NCBI GenBank assembly: GCA_002104945.1
Contig: MCFH01000008.1
Coordinates: forward strand, 124,001 to 188,000
Origin: Piromyces finnis finn
Taxonomy: Eukaryota > Fungi > Neocallimastigomycota
DNA length: 64,000 bases
Direction: 5' to 3'
Each line of letters opens with the position of its first letter. The stretch's first letter is position 1. The notes beneath the pieces were generated by a model. The model did not search any database, was not told the DNA's origin, and saw only the letters and a list, made by a program, of their open reading frames with translations. A program made the position numbers and the translations under genes. Positions 53,750 to 64,000 of this stretch are shown here, piece by piece.

Positions 53750-54519
53750 TTTTAATAATTCAAAATGCTTTAAATATAAAATTTAATAAAGTCAATTTCA
53801 ACTTTGCATTAAAATTAGTTTTTTAATTTAATGTTTGAATTTCTATATACATATATTATATTAAATATTGACTATTTACTTTTTTATTTATTTATTAAAA
53901 AATGTTATTTTTTTTAAATACTAAAATAAAGTTAAATACAAATTATTTGGTAGTTTAAGGATATTAAATATATTATTTTTTATTTTATTGAAAAGACACT
54001 TTTAACTTTATTATTTCACATCATTAAAAATTATAAAACATTTTTTAAAAATAATTATAAAACATAATAAAAAAAATATTTTCTTTATTATGTTTTGAAT
54101 TATAAAATAATATTGAATATAAAAGGCATTTGATTTGATTTTCATAAAAATATCTTTTTTCGATTCTTGCTTTTATTTTTTCTTTTTATATTATTGGCAT
54201 GGCATTCTATACAAAAAAAAAAAAAAAAAAAAAAAAAAATAAATAAAAAAAGTTGCAAAATAGAAAAAGTAATTTGTGGTTTTCTATTCTTTTTTTTTTT
54301 TTTTTTATAAATAATAATGAAGGATATGGTTTATTTATATTAAAAATATTATATGTTTAATAGTAAATTTTAATATAAAATATTATATATATAAATATAT
54401 AAAAAAATATTTTTTTATTATTATATTTAATAAGATTCTTTCTTTCTTTCTTATATTCAAAAAATTAATATATTTTTATTTTTATGTATAATCCACATAT
54501 GAAATAATTTCATGTAAAA

Positions 54520-54552
<33 letters not shown>

Positions 54553-55483
54553 TTTTTTCTTTTAGATTTAAATTTTGATGTTTGAAAGGCTTTTGTCATT
54601 CTTCGAAATCTCATTCTTATTTAAAATCTCGACTTTTTTTTTTTTTTTTTTCAATATAACAAATAATAATTAAAAAATAATAATATTATTAAAATAAAAT
54701 TTTCAAACTTTAAATAATAATAAAAGTAAGAGTTTTTTTATATTTTAAAAGTATATGGAATATTAAATTTTCAATTGAAAAATTTGTGTAATATACATTA
54801 TTAAAGTTACAAGTGTTTTTCAATATCAATGATATTATAAGCAAGGAAATTGAAAGTATTATTAAAAAGTTAAACTTTTCTTACTATTTTATAATTTAAA
54901 AGTTTGTTATTTCATAGAGTCATCCTAACATATTATGTACTTTTTCTCATTTCATTATTTTAAAATGTTTCTGCCTCTTGATTATTTCATTTCTTTTTCT
55001 ATCTTGTTTAAACTTTATATTATTTTAATTAAATATAATAAAACCAACAGAACCAAGAATTTTATAATTGATACTTACAACATTATTTTGAAAGATAAGG
55101 ATTATTTAAAAAAAACTAATAAAACTTTATTATATAATATTTTAAACATCCTATTTTGTTAAATAGCTTTTAATGGTTTGTGGTTAAAGTTGTTAGTAGT
55201 TTTGCAATGGTATACCACTAAATATAAAGTTTTCATGTATACTATAGTATAAAACAAATTGAGTCATTATTTATTTTAATACAAACCACTCAAAAAAAAA
55301 AAAATTTAATATTAATATATTAATAATTATATTAGAATTATTTATATTATATAATTATTAGACAATGCTGGTTTTTAATTTTATTTTATAATAATCAGAA
55401 TTTTTATTAATTATTATTTATTATTGTTCTTATTATTATAGTTATGATAATAATAATAATATAATTCAAAGTATAGGTAAAAT

Positions 55484-56486
55484 ATGGTTCATGTTTCAAT
55501 AAAAAATCAGTATATAACATATGAAGAATTTAAAGAATTTTCTCAAAATTTCTTAAGAAAATCTAAAATACTTAATTATCAATGGGAATGGATTGAAGAA
55601 CCAAAAAATAAAAAAGGATTTTTAAAATTAATACAATATAGTGAAATTAGTAAAGATAAATTAAATAGGCATGAATTATTGGAAGATGACGATGAAATTT
55701 ATAATATTATTATAAATAAAAATGAGTACAATGAAATTCAATTGAAAGATGTATGTAATATATATTTATTTATTTTTAAAAATATGAATTAATTTAAAAT
55801 ATTTTGTTTATATGCTAAGGAAGGAGTACTAACTGAAGATTCAAATGATATAAAAATATTTTGGGAATGGCATATTGTGTATTCATCTGTCTTTCAAGTT
55901 CCAACTTTATTTTTTAATGCATGGGATGAAGGTTAATTTAAAATAAAATAATTAACATTAATTTATTATCATCACTATAATGAATTAATCTTTAATGTGT
56001 GTTACTTTTGTATATTCATTAATATGGAAATTAAAAAAAATTAAAAAAAGAACATAATCCAATTGACATATTAAATAATAGAGATATTTTCCCTATTAAA
56101 CCATTAAATACGCCTATTATAACACAAAAAGTATTATTAATATTATAAATATATCTTTTCATTAAATCAGTAGTATACATTCTTATGCTCTTTATTTTTA
56201 TAAAAATTAAATTTTACTTTATATTTTATGTCAATAGGACCACCCAATATTAGGTATCCCATATTATTATATTCATCCTTGTACAACAGGTCAAAATATG
56301 AATAAACTATATAATATAGAAATGAAAGACCAATTAACTTGTTCAATGCAAGAAGTTGATACTATAGGAAAAAAAGAAAATTCATTAAAAGACTTATCTA
56401 ATGATGATATATATAACAATTACATTGCTTCTTGGTTAAGTACAACTGGTTTTTTAAAAGTCGATATAAAATATTTTCTACTGTAA
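55484..56486 (+). CDS. ATG10: ATG10 E2-like autophagy conjugating enzyme, 4 exons
   Basis: Spliced motifs: FWEWHIVYSSVFQVPTLFFNAWDE, PIITQK/DHPILGIPYYYIHPCTT (catalytic HPC), YIASWLS. Confidence 0.88.
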
Positions 56487-56668
56487 TTTTTTTTGAGGTT
56501 TCGCCTTCTGTAGCCTTTCTATGTAACACAACATAAAATTTTTTCTATAAAATTTTAATGGATTAATTATAATAATAAAAAATATTTAAAATTAATTTAT
56601 AAAGTTTAATTTTTAAATTCCATTAATTAGAAGAATAAAAATATTTTAATACAAATATTTTTTTAAAG

Positions 56669-56700
<32 letters not shown>

Positions 56701-56788
56701 ACTCTTTTTTTTTCTTCTTACTTTAGAAGAGAGGAATATAATAACATTAGCATTTTATTAATAAATAATATTTTAAAATATAATAAGA

Positions 56789-59700
56789 ATGTCTTGTGAA
56801 CATCTTACAAACTTTGTTTTTAACGAAGTTAAATATGGAACAAAAGTTTACAAAGATGAATGGTTTGTACATTTGAAAATATATTAAAATAAATATTCTT
56901 AATTCAATATAATATATATACACATATTTATTCATATTAACAAAAATATCAATATAAACATATACTTTCAAATATTGAAAAATATATTGTCTTAAATTTG
57001 GAAATTAATTAAAATTACAAATTATATTTCTTTTATTTTTTATTTTTTTTTTTTTTGGTTTATCATTGGAATAATTGTTATGGTATAACTAGCACTCAAT
57101 GTTTTGATACTCAAGTAAATATTAATAATAATCAATAATAAAATATATATATATATAAATAATAATATATTTAATAAATATAATGTTGATATCAATATAA
57201 CAGGACAGTGAAAATGGTATAAATGTTTGTTTAACTTGCTTTAATGGTGGTTGCTGTAATGAAATATATAATCATTCACTTTACCATTCTCAACATTTTA
57301 ATCATCCTTTAGTAATGAATATTAAAAGAACTTTAAAACCAAAAAAAGTAAGCCAAATTAAGAAATGTTTCATTACAAAGTTAATTTAATATATTCAATT
57401 TAATAATTTCAATATAATTCATATTATATTTTCTCAATGTTAAAATTTTCAGTAAAACGTATAACTTTAAAAGTATTATTCTAACAAATTTAAATTTAAA
57501 AATTTTCAGGATGATGAACCACCACAAAAAATTACTAAATTGGAAATTGTTGAAGAAAGAGAAGAAGATTTATATGACACAAATATTAAAATTCAATGTC
57601 TTGAATGCAATAAAGAACTTGATCGTACTTTTGGAAAGGTTAATATAATAACAATATGCAATAAAATTATATATATACATTTTATTCTTTATGAAAGTAT
57701 CAAAAAATATTTATTAATATATATTTATTGTATCATAATATACATAGTTACCAGAATTAATTGATTCAATTTTACTTGCCAATTCTTCAAAAGTTCAAAA
57801 TGAAATTAATTCATGGGAAGAAGAAATTATTTCATGTACTCACACTGAAAATTTAAAACAATGTGAACCAAAAAAATTAGAAGAACAATGTATGTTCTGT
57901 GTATCAATTCTTTATTTTTTTTTTTTTTCGTTTATATTTATATATATTTATCCTATTATTAAAATTTATTGTTATATAAAAATAGCATTAGCTCACTGCA
58001 GCGATTGTGACTTAAAAGAAAACTTATGGCTTTGTATGATTTGCGGTAACTTAGGTTGTGGAAGACAACAATATGGTGGTATTGGCGGTAATGGCCATGC
58101 TTTAAAGCATTTTGAAACAACAGGACATGCTGTATCATGTAAATTAGGAACTATTACTCCAGAAGGAAATGCTGGTATTTATTTATTTATTTATTTTTTT
58201 ATTTATTAATATCATTTAATTTTAAACTCTATTTAAAATTAAATTACTTAAAATAATAAAGATATCTACTGTTACGACTGTAATGATTCTAAGCTTGACA
58301 GTCATCTTGCTGAACATTTAAATAATTTCGGAATTAATATTAAATCTCAAAAAAAGACTGAAAAAAATATTACTGAACTTGTAATTTTAAAAATATATAT
58401 TAATATATACAAGCCTAATATTCATAGGATACTAATATATAAATATAATAATTTTTCAGCAAATTGAACAAAATATGAATTTAGATATTAAAATGACAAC
58501 AAAGGATGGTAAAGATTTACAACCTGTCTATGGTCCAGGATTCACTGGAATTGAAAATCTTGGAAACAGGTATAGATTTTATTGATATAAATATTAAAAT
58601 TTTATAATTAATATTTTAACTAAATCCTAATAATATAATAATAATAATAGTTGTTATATGGCTTCTGTTATTCAAATGATATTTTCCATTCCAGAAATTG
58701 CTCAAAGGTAAATTTTATTCTATTATTTAATAATAATTCATGAATAATTATAATAAGCTTTTTTATACCTTTTCATTATTTTTAATATTTCATAGATATT
58801 TAGATTTATCATTTGATCCTACTATTGCTGATAGTAAACCAGCTGAGTCATACTTATGCCAAATGACAAAAATGGCTGATGGTTTATTAAGTGGTAGATA
58901 TTCAAAGCAACCTGATGAAAATGCACCACAAAAATTCCAAAAAGGTATTTCCCCATCAATGTTTAAGAATTTAGTTGGAAAAGGACACTCCGAGTTTTCA
59001 ACAATGAAACAACAAGTAAAATAAAAATAAAAATAAAAAAAAAAAAACTAATATATAATTATATAATTAATAATAATTTTTATTAATATATTTATTTTTA
59101 ATTAAAAAAGGATGCTGCTGAATATTATCAATATTTACTTCAATACATTGAATTAAATGAAAAGAAATACTGTAATGATCCAACTAATGTATTAAAGTTC
59201 TCATTACATGAACGTTTACAATGTAATCAATGTAAAAAAGTTCGTTATAATAAAATAAATGATAATATGGTAACTTTTAATGTTCCAGCTAACAAAAAAG
59301 GAGAAAGTGACGAATATGAATCAGTTTCATTTGATACATGCTTAGCTAATTTAACATCTGAAGAAATGGTTGATTTCAATTGTCCTAGCTGTAATACTAA
59401 AACTGAAGCTGTCAAGTAATTATTAAAATATTTAATTTTATAAATATATACATTTAATACCAGTTGAATTAATTTATATATAATATAATAAATTAATATT
59501 TTCCATTTTATTAAAAAGGTCAACAAAATTCTTTTCATTCCCACAATATTTGGTAACAAAGATGGAAAGAATGAAATTAGTTAACTGGGTACCACAAAAA
59601 TTAGGTATATAAAAATAATAAGCATTTAAACAACAGAATCAAATAAAAACGTTTATAGTAATAATAATAATAATAATAATCCATAATAATATTGAATTAA

Positions 59701-60859
59701 TACCCTTTTTCATGAATTAATTTTAATTTTTCTTAATAGCCATTCCAATTACTTTACCAGAAAATAAAATCATTGAACTTGATGCCTTCCGTAGTCAAGG
59801 TCTTCAAGATGGTGAAGAAGTTCTTGAAAATGTTGAAGAAAATGAAGAAGAAGGTATATATTTTTATCTTAAAAAAGTTTAATAACAATATGCATATTTA
59901 TATTTATATATACATATATATTTTGTTACTTAATGATTATTATTTTAATATAAATTTATAATTAGAACCAGCCGTTGATGAAGCTGCTGTTTCTCAGTTG
60001 ATGGAAATGGGTTTCTCTAGAAATAGATGTGTTCGTGCTATTATTGCTACTGATAATAATGGTGCTGAAGTTGCTATGAATTGGTTATTTGAAAGAATGG
60101 ATGACCCATGTAAATAACTTTTCGATAAATAAATAGACTATTGGAATCTTTTCATTTTACTAATTTATAAATTTTTATTTATATTTCCTAGCATTGGATG
60201 ATCCAATTGAAAAAAAAAGTAAAAAAGGTGGTATCACTGCTGACGCTGGAAATATTGCTTTATTAGTTGATATGGGATTCAGTTCAACTAAAGTTGAAAA
60301 GGCTTTAATTGAAACAGTACATTAAAATTCTTATTCAATACAATTTAATCATAAAAAAAATATATATATATATATATATCTATATGAAATGGAAAAAAAT
60401 TTTTTATTCCTAATAATCATTTTATTTATTATATATTAGAATAATGATATTGAAAGAGCTATTGATTGGCTTTCCTCCCACTTGGAAGATGATGTTGAAC
60501 TCACTAGTGGTCAATCCAATGAAAATAATAAAATGGAAGAAGATGGTAAATATAAAATAATAGTTTTTTTTTTTTTTTTTTTTTTTTCATTTGAAATAAA
60601 TTATTAAACGAAAAAAAAAAAAAAATTTTTTTTATTATTATTTAATACTTTGTTGTTATTATTAGAAATCGACAATAAATCAGCTAAATATGAGTTAATT
60701 GGATTTATTACTCATATGGGTACTTCTGCACATTGTGGTCATTATGTTATTCATTTACGTCATAATAATGAATGGTATTTATATAATGATGAAAAGGTTG
60801 TTAAAGCTGATGAAGTACCAATTGAAAATGCCTACCTATACCTTTTCAAACGCTTATAA
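56789..60859 (+). CDS. UBP14: Ubiquitin C-terminal hydrolase USP5/USP13/UBP14 (isopeptidase T), many exons
   Basis: MSCEHL...KVYKDEC/TQCFDTQ, ZnF-UBP (CSDCDLKENLWLCMICGNLGCGRQQYGGIGGNGHALKHF), Cys box GIENLGN/SCYMASVIQ, QQ/DAAEY, two UBA domains (LMEMGFSRNRC; LVDMGFS), His box ITHMGTSAHCGHYV. Confidence 0.96.
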
Positions 60860-61240
60860 ATCTCTTGATTATACCTTGATGATAATTTAAAATATATATA
60901 TGTTTTAGGAGAATAATTTAATTATATCATATCATTATTGGAATTGAAATATATATGCAAATTAATAATAATAATAAAAAATAAAATAAAAAGATAAAAA
61001 TAAATAAAAATATTTTAAAAATAAGTTTTATTTTAAAAAAAAATATTTTTCATTTTTTTTTAGTTAAATTAGTTTTATTAGATTTTTTTTTTTATTATTA
61101 TTATATTTATTATTATATTTATTTTTAAAAGAAATGATTGATTTATGAAAAATTTAATAAATTATGTGTGAAAAAATAAACTTAGGTAAATAGGTAAATA
61201 GGATATTAAAAAATAATAATAATAATTCAGAATTTTTTTA

Positions 61241-64000
<2,760 letters not shown>

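Noticed and set aside
54900-55290. Retroelement remnant or hairpin (HKPL-like peptide; tggtttgt...acaaacca)
   Set aside because: A four-residue resemblance and an 8-bp stem are at chance level; no RT, integrase or LTR evidence.

Overview
Extremely AT-rich, intron-dense eukaryotic DNA. The composition, short AT-rich spliceosomal introns, fungal-type housekeeping genes and flagellar/ciliary genes fit an anaerobic gut fungus (Neocallimastigomycota); this taxon call is inference. Splicing exons by hand gives 14 protein-coding genes: a RING-CH (MARCH-like) E3 ligase, an SH3BGR/glutaredoxin-like protein, a very large DZIP1/Iguana-like protein, DNMT2/TRDMT1, RRN3, TCTEX1D2, V-ATPase subunit F, vasohibin, a PB1-domain protein ending in a LIR/AIM-like motif, WDR91, an NBEA/LRBA-type BEACH protein, ATG10, USP5/UBP14 and a 5'-truncated AFG2/SPATA5. 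No rRNA, tRNA, CRISPR array or intact transposon is supportable. Most notable: (1) an AT-AC U12-type intron splitting the vasohibin active-site region; (2) vasohibin itself, implying tubulin detyrosination in a flagellated fungus, within 24 kb of DZIP1 and TCTEX1D2; (3) an unannotated PB1 + C-terminal LIR protein that may be a non-canonical selective-autophagy receptor, upstream of a WDR91/BEACH/ATG10/USP5 block; (4) frequent poly-A-preceded AAG splice acceptors plus 7-nt and 10-nt micro-exons. I see no clear new multi-gene system; the clustering observations are hypotheses. All homology calls come from recognised motifs, not database searches.
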